Positions 12,660 to 26,416 of a DNA stretch of 64,000 nt are shown one piece after another (the first letter of the stretch is position 1; the number at the start of each line of letters is the position of its first letter). The position numbers and the translations under genes are program-made. The stretch is from Neoconidiobolus thromboides FSU 785. Lineage: Eukaryota > Fungi > Entomophthoromycota. The notes under the pieces were generated by a model. The model was not told the DNA's origin. It did not search any database and saw only the letters and a program-made list of their open reading frames with translations. The stretch lies in contig MU626274.1 of assembly GCA_025603075.1 (NCBI GenBank), forward strand, positions 62,001-126,000. Reading direction: 5' to 3'.

Positions 12660-14709
12660 ATATGCTTTAATTGGGCTATAAAACTAATATTTTTATTTTA
12701 TATTGTTTGAGTTATAAAAAGCTCAAAGCCAAAACATTTAAACGATTTCATCTTAGTATATATGTTAAAAAAGTTAATATTGGGTCAGCTTATATATTTG
12801 CTACACTTAAATGCATAAAATAATGGTGAAGATATAAATTACAACATAAACAAAAAAGTTATATTCAAATAACTTTAATTCTGGGTATTAAAAATATTTG
12901 CTATTACAATCAATAGTTTGTTTGGTTTTTTGTTTGCATAGAAGCGCAATAGAATATATAGGCTGATTCAATAAATAAATCTATTTTTTAGAGGATATTA
13001 CTTATCCAATTTAGACATATTTTTTTAAATTCAAGATCATAAATCAAAAAAGCTATTATATAGGAGTTTACTAATTAAACTAAGATGCTCAAATTGTAAT
13101 ATTTCCAAGCTATGTAAGAAAGGTTATATTAAAGTTAAATCTATAGTAGCATAAAATCTATGCCTATAAAGTCATCAAATAATTATGAGGAAATTAGATT
13201 GAAATGCTATACAATAATCTTGTTATTGAATTAACAAAATGTATAACAATAACCCCCTTTATGACTTGATACTTTATCTTTCATAAATTATATCAAAACT
13301 TATAAATATTAAAGTGATCATAAATTTAAATTATTCTATAAAGTACTCAAAATATTGGTCTGAAATCCATTTGTTTGAGTGTATACACTTTAGAGCTGTG
13401 AAATATCGCTTTGTCAGTCCCATAGTTAATTATAACATAATAAGCGCCTAAGCTGTTGTGTTCTCGAGTTCAGAGAAAATCAATCCCACGTTCTTAGTTT
13501 GATTTGATATGAGAATTTCTATCTTCGTCTCAAAGAATATTCTCCCCTCGTTTTGATATTTATACTTATCCGAGTATAAAAGAGATTCTAAAACATAATA
13601 GCTCGAGGCTTTTTAACTGAATTATTCCATGATATCTTGAACATTTAATAAATCCACTAAGTTTTCTTAATAGTATTTTACGTAGATTTTACGTAGATTT
13701 TACATTAGTATTGTTTATTCTATCTGTCTTATATAACTTGTAACCTATTACGTGCTATTCCTCATAATCCAAGTCTATCTTAGTCACATAAACTAAGACC
13801 TTTCGACTTATAGTGTAGTCAACCCAGCAATAGCTGTTCTTGACTCCAAACCTTGAGTACCAGATTTCACAAGAGCAAATATGATTTTATTTCAGGACAA
13901 TTTAAAATTTATTAATATAATAATAAGTAATTGTTTGACCAATAAAATTCTAAAAGATTAACTATGCTTCAAAAAGTACTTTACCATACTATTTGATTCA
14001 TTATCTATTTTAATAGCTAATCTATTGTATATAACATCAACTTATTATTTAAATATTGATATTATTATATCAAGCAAAAGTATTAAAAGCCTTTATAATT
14101 TAAGGTCCAGAGCTTTACTTATATGAGCATTTCTACTTACTACGATCAACTTGGATATTCTAGCGAAACTTTACAGAAGTCCAAATATAAAGAAATTATA
14201 GAGTAGTAAAATAAAGTTATTATGGTGTAAATATATGTCTATATTTGAAATTCCGAGAGGTAAAAAGTAATAAGCAAATTAAAGGGTACCAAAGACCAGA
14301 TAGTGCTCTCAGATGAATAATTTTATTAATTATTGATCGGATAATATTACCTCTAAAAAGCTGTATAGTTTCATTTTAAAATGTTATGCCAAATAAAAAC
14401 TACTCAAATTATACATAAATATGAATTATTATTTAAACTATTTATTACGATAAAAAACACTAACTCATTGTTAATTAACTCTATAACATCCAACTATATA
14501 TGTTAAAATTAAGCAATTGTAAGTATGTCATGGGTGATCGTCTGTCAAAAAGATGATAGGACATAAAAATAAAAGAATAACCCGCAGAACTAGAACTTCA
14601 ATAAAAATAGTAAAGATCTTAATTTTTTTTATTAACTTTAATATTAAGATAGTATATGATATATAAGCAAAAAAGTAATTTACTTTTTTCGTTAATTAAT
14701 ATTGCCTTA

Positions 14710-15606
14710 ATGTATGCCTTTTCTCCATTTTATTTAGCAACTATTTGTGTGACTTCGATATGTCTAATAATCAACTCCTTTTTGATTTATTTTGCAAGCA
14801 GATTGCCTCTAAAAGGGCTCGATATTAAACTGATCATACTTTTGGCTTCTTTAGAATTCTTAGCGCCGATCGCAGTATTATCCGATCTTATCTATTATTT
14901 TATAAATGGACACAAATTAATAGAAAACCAGCATGGATGCTCATTTTATGGTTTTATAATACTATTTATTTATCAGTATGAAATAATGTTGAGTTCCTTA
15001 TTATCTATGGAAAGATTATCGAAAGTTAAAGATTCAGGTCTATTTGATTACGCTTACCGCCCTGTGGCAATCAATCTGATTGTCTTTACAAGCCTATTGA
15101 TTGCTTGTGCTACTACAAATACATTTGCTATTTCATCTTCAAAAATAAGCTGTCTTTTAGACGTTACCAATAGCATACTGGCTTCAGTGACTTACCATTA
15201 CTCCCTTTCAAGCTGCTCAATTGGTGTTGGACTTTTAACATATTCTTATTATTGCATTGCAAGTAAGATTGGGGAGCTTAAAGGAATCATGTTAACGGAA
15301 TTCGAATCAGGTAGCGAAGTAGTTGGTGGTAAAAGGACCAAAAGTTTGAAAAGAGCGACAGTTAAAGTATATTTGATCTTAACAGTTTATGGCACGTGTA
15401 TGCTAGGGTCACTTATTAGTTTATTTTTTGAGTCAACTTTTAAGTATAAGTATGGTGATTCTTTTAAATATGCAGAGGATCTCGATTCAGCTGCTACCCT
15501 TTTATTCGTTTTTGGTATGATTTCTAACACCTTGCTAGTGCTTACATTGCATACTGGAATATCAAACGAAGCCAGACATTTTATACGAAAAATGAGCAGC
15601 AGTTGA
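14710..15606 (+). CDS. 7TM receptor-like protein, copy 5
   Basis: Intact paralog. The start was moved to MYAFSPF (14710) by alignment with the paralogs; the upstream ATG overlaps the TATA box. Confidence 0.75.
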   Translation: MYAFSPFYLATICVTSICLIINSFLIYFASRLPLKGLDIKLIILLASLEFLAPIAVLSDLIYYFINGHKLIENQHGCSFYGFIILFIYQYEIMLSSLLSMERLSKVKDSGLFDYAYRPVAINLIVFTSLLIACATTNTFAISSSKISCLLDVTNSILASVTYHYSLSSCSIGVGLLTYSYYCIASKIGELKGIMLTEFESGSEVVGGKRTKSLKRATVKVYLILTVYGTCMLGSLISLFFESTFKYKYGDSFKYAEDLDSAATLLFVFGMISNTLLVLTLHTGISNEARHFIRKMSSS

Positions 15607-16165
15607 GGTATGAATAAAAATCTAAAGTATGTGACAAAAAGCTAATTTGTAAAAAAGTGTTCCATTTATATGCAGTTTCATACTTCTATCCTCCCTTTTT
15701 GTGAAGAAAAATGGCTTAGAATAGTATTTTAGATCAGTTGATAAAATCAAAATTGCAATAAAAAAATTAATATTGAAATGAGTTGAATAAAGTTTGCTAC
15801 ATAATAAAATAATTTACAGTACCATTTTTTTTTTAGAAAAAGACACTTTTAAAGTTAATTCTGATACTTTTAAACTTTACAAAAATTTACTTTTTTAATC
15901 ATGCTAGATTTAATTGTTTAAAAATGGCTAAATTATTTTTACTCCAGACTCCAGCTAAAAATAAGTAGCAGCTAACATACCCTATTTAAAGGTAACATTT
16001 TAGCAAAAATTAAATCGTAATATAATATTACTAAAAAAAAAGTAGATTAGGATATTCTATTGAAACTAAATATATCAATATATTATGTGTCTAAAATTTT
16101 ATCATTTTGTATCTAAAAATAGATTAATTGTATATACTAATTTTTAAATATTGTGATAACAGAAA

Positions 16166-16237
16166 GCCCGTTTGGCCAAGTGGTAAGGCGTCAGTCTTGT
16201 AAACTGAAGATCAGTGGTTCGATCCCGCTATCGGGCA
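16166..16237 (+). tRNA. tRNA-Thr(TGT)
   Basis: Cloverleaf; anticodon arm TCAGT-CT-TGT-AA-ACTGA; T-loop GGTTCGATCC; GCCCG/CGGGC acceptor stem. Confidence 0.95.
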
Positions 16238-16531
16238 GACTATATTTTATAGTACTTATTTATGTGCAAAGTTTGAGATATTAACTTTTTAGCAAAAGTG
16301 GGGAGGAAAGGACACCAATCCAACCAACTTAGATTAGGATTAGGTAAATATAGAATTTATTTTTTAAGTTTTAAAGTCTTTGATAGCATCTATAACATAT
16401 AGATTTGTTTATAAATAAATAGCCTATGCTTTATTTTATAATAAATGTTTAGTTATGCTTTTATAAGTAAAAAAAGGCTTTCTTGTTAAATGTTTATTGT
16501 TATTTATACCTTCCAAAATTTTAAACTATAT

Positions 16532-16627
16532 GGAGGTGTTTTTTGATTTCATTACTTTTCTATTTTTTGAGCGCTACTTGAATGGAAAAATTATTAATAA
16601 AATTCTTAAACACGAAAATATATACTC
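16532..16627. mobile_element. MITE copy (degenerate TIRs)
   Basis: ggaggtgtttttt...aatatatactc with the family core. Confidence 0.7.
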
Positions 16628-16940
16628 ATGTGTTAATGTTTTAAACTGTTTTTGATTTAAGTGGCATTATATTTATTAGATTGTAATAGTCTTTATATTT
16701 TATTACAGTTATTTGTTGAACTTGACCTTTAAACTAAAAATTATTAACTAATGTAACTATCAATTTACATATACTGCTTGAATATAATTTATAAGTAAAT
16801 ATATATCTAAACTGGATTTTCTGATTTAATTATTAATGTTAAATGCTTTATTATAAAATATAATTAGCTTTAATGTACTTTCTACTGCAGAAATGAGTGT
16901 CAATCTTTCTTTATTTATTTACTTCTGGGTATCAGTTTAA

Positions 16941-17012
16941 TCTCGGGTAGTATAGTGGTGAGTATCCCCGCCTGTCACGCGGGAGACCGGGGTTCAATTC
17001 CCCGCTCGAGAG
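16941..17012 (+). tRNA. tRNA-Asp(GTC)
   Basis: Anticodon arm CCCGC-CT-GTC-AC-GCGGG; T-loop GGTTCAATTCC; TCTCGGG/CTCGAGA acceptor stem. Confidence 0.95.
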
Positions 17013-17275
17013 ATTGTTTTTTGCTTTCATCAAGCATAAGAAGTTTTGTTTTTAAAACTAATATCAAAATTTTCTTAGAAATTGTTTCAATATCAACAAC
17101 TTTTTTAATAATGTAATTATTTTATTAGTTTGTTCTTTTTATTCTATTATTGTATGAATCAGTAAATACTAGAAAACAATACTATAAGCCAATTATTGAT
17201 ATTGAAAGTTAAATAAAAATTGTTGTTAAAATAAAAAGTATAACAAATTCAACTTTATTTAATAAATATCAACTT

Positions 17276-19427
17276 CTACTCAAAAGGGTCAAAATTAAGA
17301 TCCCAAGGTGGTAACTTCGGCGATAGTGGCGAGAACTGTAGCTTAAGAGTATTAGTAAACTCTGGAATTAATGGTGAATGAAAATCATTATTATTAACTT
17401 CCAATTGATTTTCCTCTATCTTAGACGTATTTGGTAGAGAAATGGAAGACATAACATTTTTTTTTTTATTACTAGTAGGATTTTTAATTGTAGTATTAAT
17501 ATCTAAATTTTCAATTTCATTGACCATTAAATTTGGTGTAGATTGTGGCGTGAGTGAATTATAGGGTAATGCATGATATAAAATATAATGGTAAAACATA
17601 GCTCTTTTTTCTTTTTGTGTCAATGTAATGGGCTTCTCAATTACTGTAGATAAAGGTAAAGATGTATTAGAAGTAGTTGGTATTCCTCGTTTCTTTTTCT
17701 TTTTCTTTTTGCTTGTTTTGATAGGAGACTTGATAGTTTCTGCTTTATTTGATATTACTGGTGAAGATATCATAACTGTGGATATAATTTAATCGGGTAT
17801 TTATGCTATTTTTTTAGTAAAATTACCTTTCTCGGATAATGCTTCACTTAATGTATCTAATAACGATTCTAACTATTAAAACATAAATATAAAAACGTTA
17901 TTGTGTATTAATATTCTTGGATTACTTCTTTCATTTCAATATTATTATCTAAATCATCAATAAAAGGATCTAGTTGATAAGTAGGTAAATAAGTTAAATT
18001 TGGTTCACTATAAATATGAATTCCATTTTGAAATGTAACATAAAATAAACACAAAGTATTAGTATTAGGATGAATAGCAAATTGACCTAATAAAAATATA
18101 ATAAAATTATATTTTGTTCAAATATTGTACTATTATATTAAAACTACCAGTCATGAAAGCAGCTACTGGAGCCATAGGAAAATCAAAATTCGATAGCCCG
18201 TGTCCTTTACTATCAAAAAATAAAGTACTGCCATTCCCCCAAGCAATTGCCGTATTCGGTTGGTTTATTGTGGATATCTTATTTAAATGACCATAGCCAA
18301 TGATATTACCTGAATTTTCAATACTGCATTGTATTAAATTGCTTGTACTCTTTATAAACGCATTGCTTGGATTTGAATGTATTTTTTCGATGCTTAATAA
18401 ACCATCTGATGTTATACTAGCCACTTGATCAAATCCTATTATAGTTATCATTAAATGTTTAGTATGACATAACTAATATATAATACAAATAAATTACCTT
18501 TTTCTCCAGGTATTGAAAAAGCAGGTGTTAAACAAGCTTCCTTTTGTTGATAGTCATTAATTTTATTAACTCTACCATCTTCATCGATCAATAAAAAGTT
18601 ATCATCTCCTTGTCCTACTACTAATAGAGGAGAGTTGTCTTCATCATTAGCAACAGAAATAGATGTAATTGAGTGTGTGACATTGAATACGTTCTTGTTT
18701 AACCAAAACAATACCGAATAATCCGGTATTTTCACTTTACCTGTATAAACTCTCATACCCCTAGGCTTATTATCTTTATCTTTATCTTTACTATTGGCTT
18801 GTGATACTTGTGCTGTTAACTGATAAATATGTATATTTTTATTAGTATTAGCTATTATTAGCTCTTTAATACCATCTCCATCCACATCTGCAATAATAGC
18901 GTCAATTGTGTTGAAAGGTACAGTAGTCGACCAATTAGCCCCAGATATTAAACTAGTACCAGCTACCGTTAATGTAGGTGTAGTTGGTGATTCTGTGGAT
19001 ATTATTGGTGAGCTATCAACTAATTTGAATGGATAATCAAATAGAAAACAGCCACCCTCGGCATTAATAACTATAATGGAATCTTTTCCAATGTTTCTTA
19101 TATCACCAACAACAACATTCGTTATTGTACCTAATCCTGAACATGTTTTCCATGGTAAGTAGGGAAGCGTTGACAAATTCGGTAATTGTGTTATATTCGA
19201 ACTAGATAATGGAGAGTCAAATCCTATTTTATAAATATATAGAAAACCATCTAAAGTTCCTACTACCAACTCATTACTCTAGTAATATATAAGTTCATAC
19301 TTATTATAATTAATAATATTCTTACTCCATCATGATCTATATCACCAACTGCCATCGCTTTGGGGTATAAATTGCCTTGAAACTGTAATACTGCATCGCG
19401 TACTAAAGATATTGACCTTATTCTCAT
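17276..19427 (-). CDS. ITFG2: KICSTOR subunit ITFG2 (FG-GAP repeat protein), multi-exon
   Basis: Spliced translation MRIRSISLVRDAVLQFQGNLYPKAMAVGDIDHDG/SNELVVGTLDG...PWKTCSGLGTITNVVVGDIRNIGK matches the recalled ITFG2 N-terminus; C-terminal YHYILYH. Confidence 0.85.
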
Positions 19428-19626
19428 TAATATAAAATTAGATTGATTTTTGGAAATGGAGTTGTGATTTACGTAATTAAAAATTCAAATTCAAATTTTA
19501 AATTTTCGTCAACTTCTATCCCACAATTTTTGGCTAAAATTTTAATATAAAGTAAAAAATTTATATATGTATATAAATGTTTTCTCTCTTTTAATGTAAG
19601 TAATATTAATTTATTTGTTATGAAGT

Positions 19627-19717
19627 TTAAAATGATGAATCGAACGCTATTAATTCTAAACCCAGCTCTTTGATGGGCTAACGCTCAATGAAATGGGTTG
19701 TTCTTAATCTGAGATAT
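19627..19717 (+). ncRNA. C/D box snoRNA, snR69-like (predicted LSU rRNA Cm2948-equivalent guide)
   Basis: Box C ATGATGA 19632-38, box D CTGA 19709-12; the guide TCTAAACCCAGCTC before a D'-like TTGA is complementary to the conserved LSU sequence GAGCUGGGUUUAGA. Confidence 0.65.
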
Positions 19718-20328
19718 CTTTTGAAAACATGAAGACTTGGTCGATAGTTTACTAATTTCTTTTTTATGTAGGTTTCTGATGTAATTCTAGTTAGTTAAAT
19801 AAAGCTATTTTACCTTAATTTTTGTTTCTATTCAAACTTTTTTAAAACTTAATAATAAGCAGTTAATAGATTAATATTGTAGCATTTTGGCATCAAATGA
19901 TTTGTAGCTTATATTTTTGACCATAGCAGACTTTATTTTCAGTAGTCATTTAGTTGATTGAAAAACAACTTTCATATTAAAATGTTAAAATAAATAAGGA
20001 TACAAATACGTCCTTTTTTTTAAAATTATATTAATATTCTTTCCACTTAAAAATGAAAAAAGTAATGAAACCTAAAAAAATATACATATACTTTAAATTG
20101 GATAAACAACTATTGTTTTAATAAAGGCATCTGCAATACATTGCAGCTGTAAACCTCAGATAAAAACTGTTGAAGAATTTTATCATAAACAGTGAATAAA
20201 ACAATATTTATTTAAATCAAAACTACTAATTAAATCCCAACACATAAATCCTATAAAATAAACGTCAAACTTAAAAAATTGTTTTTTGAATCACAAAATC
20301 AAAAAAATACAATTTCAAAAAATACAAA

Positions 20329-21909
20329 ATGTTTATATTATACACCTTTGATAAGGGCTTTGAATTATCAAGCTATGATCCCGACTGTTTAGCTGCTCAA
20401 GTAAATAATAATAATAGAAATACATATGATAATAGAAATAATTATGTCAAACAACTTTCCTATAGGTATATTTAAATTTACTTGGAGTTGAATGGGTAGC
20501 CTCCATTTGTAACCATACAGAAGCTTCACCAAGTGGTAAATTATTTTAGCATATAAAAGACATAAGAATATTAGTATTTAACTTAAACAATGTATAGGTG
20601 CACTTCCAGTATTAAATTACGGGACCGAATATATCTCTGGTTTAAACTCCATTATTGAATATCTATCAAAGTTGGTAAGATAGAATAATGTTTATTTTTT
20701 AAGACAATTTTTTAATATAAAATGTAAAATAGGGTCACACTTTAGATTCGAAATTATCTGAAGAAGATAAAATTAATTCTTATTTGTAAATAATAATAAT
20801 ACTATACATATTCAGTATACCAATCTCATAATTTCAAATTTAAATAGTATGCGTGGGTATATCTCCGAAAAACTTAAAGACGCTTTAGTAAGGATAAATT
20901 TAAAATCATCACAACAAGGTTGATAATTTTATTATTAGAACTATTATCGATATATAGATGAGGCTAATTTTATAAACTCTACACGACCAGAGTTAGGCAA
21001 AACACTAAGTATAGCCAGTAGATACACATTACCTGGTAAATTAGTAGAAAAAGCAGTTGAAGACTTGAAAAAATATGAGCAATGTGTGGAGGTGGAAAAA
21101 GCTCGTAGAAAGGAACTGAAGGTAAATATAGTTTTATGATAAAAAGGGAAGTTAATGGTTTATATTTATAATTAGATTTCTAGTATTTCACTAAAATATT
21201 TAAAAAGAATTAAAGATGATAAAGTTCTTCCTCCTTTAGAAGCTAAGGTAAATTGATTATTACATTATTATTATATATGTTAAATGTTATTATTGTTTAA
21301 AGATATTTGAATCCGTACGTAATTTACTAAAAGAAATAGAAACTACTTTGGGAGATAAAAAATATTTCTTTGATGAGCAGTAAGTAAAACCACAGATTGT
21401 TATAATAGTTTGCTAATTTAAATAGAAATATAAGTACTATCGATGTAATTCTATATGCCTATCTCTCTCATATCCTTTATCCTAAACTCAATAATAACAA
21501 GCTCTCTGATTATATCATCACCACTCATCCACTTTTATTAAAATACACAGATAATATCCATTCCCAAGTTTCCAATTTCCAAGCTACAGCTCTACCTCCA
21601 CCATCCGCTATATTCAATATCAAAAACATTGGATTGTATTTTATCCCAACCAAACTTACCAATTTATTCAATTATTGGAAACAACCTAAGAATCAAGTAG
21701 ATCAACCAGAAATTGGTATAGAAGAATTGAAACTTCGTAAAAGCAGAGCACATTCAGCTATTGCTGCTGTAGTTGTTTTTACTGCTTATATTATCTTCAA
21801 TGGTTTGTTAGGGGCTGAAGAGGAAGAAGAGAATGACAATGTGAACTATATGCCTAATCCAGAGAGTTTCATTCAAGAAGAAGTTGATGATGTGGAAGCA
21901 GACGATTAA
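20329..21909 (+). CDS. Metaxin-1/Sam37-like mitochondrial SAM complex protein, multi-exon
   Basis: Spliced MFILYTFDKGFELSSYDPDCLAAQ...EASPSG/ALPVL...TLGDKKYFFDEQ...DVILYAYLSHIL plus a C-terminal TM segment; metaxin GST-like pattern. Confidence 0.8.
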
Positions 21910-22422
21910 GATTAAATAGGCTTTTTGACATAAAAAAAATAAAAGTAGGTGTTATTTTTTAGAATTTAATTTGAATTTATGTTTAGAATTATAGCTGGTT
22001 TTTATTTTATTTAATCTCGATTAGTTATTTTATTATATTTAAAGACTACCTTTATTTATGAAATAGTAATAGAGTATATAGAAAGATTATATACTCTTAA
22101 GGTTTAAAAAAAATTAGTCAATTATAACTTATAGTATAAATAACAACGATAAATATAATCAAGTAAAATACTACAAAATATCAAGGCCAATAAGTTCAAT
22201 TTCGCTTTAATTTATAAACATAAGACTTATTCAAATTCAGAAACATATTAGCTATTGATGTACTCTTACAAAATGAATAAAAAACAAGATAAGTCTAGCT
22301 TCACAATTACAGAAAAAACACAGGATATAAAACAATATGTGACATTTCGGTTTCATTTATTGATCTATTTAAGCACCTTTGGATGTAATTTCTCCCAATA
22401 AAATTTAAAAAGGCAATAAGAA

Positions 22423-22495
22423 CACTCCCTGCGGGACTCGAACCCGCAATCCTCAGATTAGAAGTCTGATGCCTTATCCATTAGGCCAAGGGAGC
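22423..22495 (-). tRNA. tRNA-Arg(TCT)
   Basis: Anticodon arm TCAGA-CT-TCT-AA-TCTGA; T-loop GGTTCGAGTCC. Confidence 0.95.
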
Positions 22496-22881
22496 CTCTT
22501 TAAATTTTCCTAAAATAAATAAATATAAAAAATAATATTACTCTATTTGGTATAATTTAAAGGAAAAGAGAGTATACTAGTCATAAAAATTATCTGATTT
22601 GAACTATTATATGGTGATGTTTTTTTGGCTTCATCGCTTTTTCTATCTTTTAAGCGCTATTTGGGTGGAAAAAGCTTCAAATATAACGTTTTATAACAGT
22701 ATTGGGAAATTAAGTATATAGAAGCAATTCATTTTCTTTAGTATTTATGCTTTTCAGTTAAACAAATTTTATTAACTAATTAAAATTATAAGTATAAATC
22801 TAATTTTGTTAAAAAAAGGAAGGATAGGGCTGGATAAATTAGAAATTTATTGAATTTATTGACTAAACCTTCTATTATTAT

Positions 22882-23781
22882 TTATAGCTTGTTAAATCTA
22901 TTTTGTATAAACCTTTTAACTTCATTAGCAATACCGGTATGCAAGGTAAGCACCAGCAAAGTATTGGAAATCATACCAAAAACAAATAGTAAAGTAGCAG
23001 CTGAATTGAGATCCTCAGCTTGCTCAAAAGTATCACCATATCTATATTTTAATGTTGATTCAAAAAATAAACTGATAAGTGAACCCAACATACATGTTCC
23101 ATAAATAGTCAAGATTAAATATACTTTAAGAGATGCTTTTTTTAGACTTGTAGACCATTTTCTATTACTTGTTTCACTATTAGCTTCCAATTCTGCAGAC
23201 ATTATCTCTTCAAATCCACTAATCTCAGCTGCTATACAATAATATGAATATACTAAAAGTCCTACAGCAATAAAACAACTTAAAAGAGAATAATGATAAG
23301 TGACTGAAGCTAATATACTATTAGTAGCGTTTAACAGACAACTCACTTTAGCAGATGATATAGCAAACGAATTTGTAGAAGCACAACCAATTAATGAAAT
23401 TGCGAATATAATTAAATTAATTATTATAAGGTGATAGCTGTAATTAAATAGTACCGATTTTTTAATTTTTGATAATCTTTCCATTGATAATAATGAGCTT
23501 AACATAATTTCATATTGATAAACAAATAATATCATAAAACCATAAAAGTTGCATCCAGACTGAGTTTCTATTAATTTTTGATTATTGATAATATAATAAA
23601 TAAGATCCGATAAAACTGCAACTGGTGCTAGAAACTCTAATGAAGCTAATGCCATAATTAGTTTTATATCGAATCCTTTAAATGATAATTTGCTTGCAAA
23701 ATATATTAAAAACGAATTGAGGATTAAACATATTGAAGTTACACATATAGTTGCTATATAAAATGGAGTGAAGGTGAACAT
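22882..23781 (-). CDS. 7TM receptor-like protein, copy 6
   Basis: 299 aa intact paralog. Confidence 0.75.
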   Translation of the reverse strand: MFTFTPFYIATICVTSICLILNSFLIYFASKLSFKGFDIKLIMALASLEFLAPVAVLSDLIYYIINNQKLIETQSGCNFYGFMILFVYQYEIMLSSLLSMERLSKIKKSVLFNYSYHLIIINLIIFAISLIGCASTNSFAISSAKVSCLLNATNSILASVTYHYSLLSCFIAVGLLVYSYYCIAAEISGFEEIMSAELEANSETSNRKWSTSLKKASLKVYLILTIYGTCMLGSLISLFFESTLKYRYGDTFEQAEDLNSAATLLFVFGMISNTLLVLTLHTGIANEVKRFIQNRFNKL

Positions 23782-24485
23782 TTGGGTTAAATTAATTAAT
23801 TAAATAAAGAAAAAACTTCCTTTCTGTTTATATAGTTTGTTTATGTCTAAACTTTAAGAATGGATACAAATTTAAGCTTTTGACTATATTTATAAAAACC
23901 CAATTGTGGTGGGTTATTCTCCTATTTTTATATCATATCACTTCTTTTGCAAGGTTACCACTTATAAAAGGCCTACAGTTAATTAATTTTAGAAAGACAA
24001 TCGTAAATAAGGAATTATTTAATGAATTTTTAATACTTCTTATTACAAAAAGTAGTTTAAATAATAACCCACCTTTTTTGTGCATGAGATTGTAAGAGTT
24101 TTGATTCGGCATATTTTAAAATGAAACTGTGCTACTTTTTAGAGGTAAGGTTATTCTACTAATAATTGGTAAGGGACTAGTTCGGAAATATTAAATCATT
24201 TTACTTCTGTTTAAATCTTTCTTGTCTTTAATTTCCTCTTCTTTACCTCAATATCCTGAATTTGTTATTGAAAACAACTTTATTATATTGAGATCATTAT
24301 GTTGGTATTAGATATCTTTAGGATTTTGTTGAACATCTAAATTAAATTCAACAGATAGGAAAATTTAATAAATAAAACCCAAATGTAATATTATTAAGTT
24401 CACGGTAGCCCTTCTTGACATAAACTTTAATACTCAATTAAGTGGATTAACAGCATGTATAATTATGTCGATTGTTAGAACACCT

Positions 24486-24583
24486 GGGGATGTGTTTTTG
24501 TATTTAAGAATTTTACTAATAATTTTTCCACCCAAATAGCGCTTAAAAGATGGAAAAAGTAATGAAGCCAAAAAAACATCCCC
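24486..24583. mobile_element. MITE copy with ACCT TSD
   Basis: acct|ggggatgtg...catcccc|acct; this copy defines the 4-bp TSD. Confidence 0.9.
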
Positions 24584-25519
24584 ACCTACTGAATTAAAAA
24601 GCCTACTAAAGAGTTTTTGAAAATGAAATTAAATTTCAATATCTTATTGATCAAAAAATAGTTTATTAACAATTTTTAGAAGCCCTGGGTTGCCATTTTA
24701 AAGGTGTTCTTGAATTATAATACTTTCCTGTAATTTGTTAATATATCTTGCACTTCATTTCACCCACTCCTTAACTTAACCTTAACTTCACTTTTAACTT
24801 ACACCTTCTTAAGCTCAATTTTAATAATGATTTTATTCCTACTAATAAAGCACTTGGAAATCTTCAGATTCTTTAAAGCCTAAAAGAAATATAATATTAC
24901 TTTTTGAAATTAAGCTTTATTATTTAAAGTGTAGGAGCTCGAAAAAACATTCACAGGTCAAAAACTCTAACAAGCGTTTTATAAAAATAAAATAAAATAA
25001 AATATACCTCTTTTACTATTTATAATTTTTTTAGGTTGTTAAAGAAGAAAGTTCTATAGATCATAAAAGGTCAAAATAATTTATTTTTTACTTGATAGCA
25101 CTTTTTTATAGTATTTAAATCTGTTTTTTTGTAACCATAAATTTTATAGTTGTTGAAAAAGATTTATACAAAATCAAAAAACCACAATACAAACACTATA
25201 AAAGAATTCTTTGAATTGTCTTTTGTCTTTTCGTAACTCAAATAAAATAAAGCATTATGTTTATATAATAAAAACATACCTAATGAATATTTTAAACACG
25301 AAATTTACTACACCAAATAGAATAGCACTTTTATTTAGTTTTGTTTGGTTCAAAGAAACCTTGAAAAAGCCAAAATATTTGAACAATATTAACCATGAGT
25401 GCACAAGTTTGCTTTGTTATAGAAAAAAAGAAGCTTAACCGTATAAGTCTAAGAGTAAACTGAGACATTTATTTCATTATACTCATTTTTCATTTCAACT
25501 TTACATATTTACCATTGAC

Positions 25520-26416
25520 TTATTTATTATGTACTATTTGTATAAAGCACTTTACTTCGTTTGCTATTCCACTATGTAGTGCAAGTATTAGCAATGCATT
25601 AAAAATCATTCCAAGGATAAATAAAAGGGTAGCAGTATAAATGAGATATTCAGAATATTCAAAAGTATCACCATATTTATATTTTAATGTTGTTTCAAGA
25701 AATAAACTGATAAGTGAACCCAACATACATGTTCCATAAATAGTCAAGATTAAATATACTTTAAGAGATGCTTTTTTTAGACTTGTAGACCATTTTCTAT
25801 TACTTGTTTCACTATTAGCTTCCAATTCTGCAGACATTATCTCTTCAAATCCACTAATCTCAGCTGCTATACAATAATATGAATATACTAAAAGTCCTAC
25901 AGCAATAAAACAACTTAAAAGAGAATAATGATAAGTGACTGAAGCTAATATACTATTAGTAACGTTTAACAGACAGCTTATTTTTGCTGAAGAAGTATTA
26001 AATAAATTTATAGAAGCACAACCAACTGATAAAATTGTAGAGATAATCAAGTCAATTATTACAGGATAGTAGGCATAGTCAAATAAAACTGATTTTTTAA
26101 TTTTTGCTAACCTTTCCATCGATAATAAAGAATTCAACATAATTTCGTAATGATAAATGATTAATACTATAAGTCCATAAAACGTGCATCCATATTGAAT
26201 TTCTATTAGTTTATATCCATTAATAAAATAGTAAATAAGATCAGAAAATACCGCAATTGGTATAAGAAACTCTAAAGAAGCTAAAGTAAGTATTAGTTTG
26301 ATATCAAACCCTTTAAATGATAATTTGCTTGCAAAATATATCAAAAAGGAATTAATTATTAAACATATTAAAGTTAAAAAGATAACAGTTAAATAGTAAG
26401 GAGTGAACATAAACAT
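25520..26416 (-). CDS. 7TM receptor-like protein, copy 7 (mosaic of copy-4-like and copy-6-like segments)
   Basis: Intact ORF; start set at MFMFTPYY. Confidence 0.75.
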   Translation of the reverse strand: MFMFTPYYLTVIFLTLICLIINSFLIYFASKLSFKGFDIKLILTLASLEFLIPIAVFSDLIYYFINGYKLIEIQYGCTFYGLIVLIIYHYEIMLNSLLSMERLAKIKKSVLFDYAYYPVIIDLIISTILSVGCASINLFNTSSAKISCLLNVTNSILASVTYHYSLLSCFIAVGLLVYSYYCIAAEISGFEEIMSAELEANSETSNRKWSTSLKKASLKVYLILTIYGTCMLGSLISLFLETTLKYKYGDTFEYSEYLIYTATLLFILGMIFNALLILALHSGIANEVKCFIQIVHNK

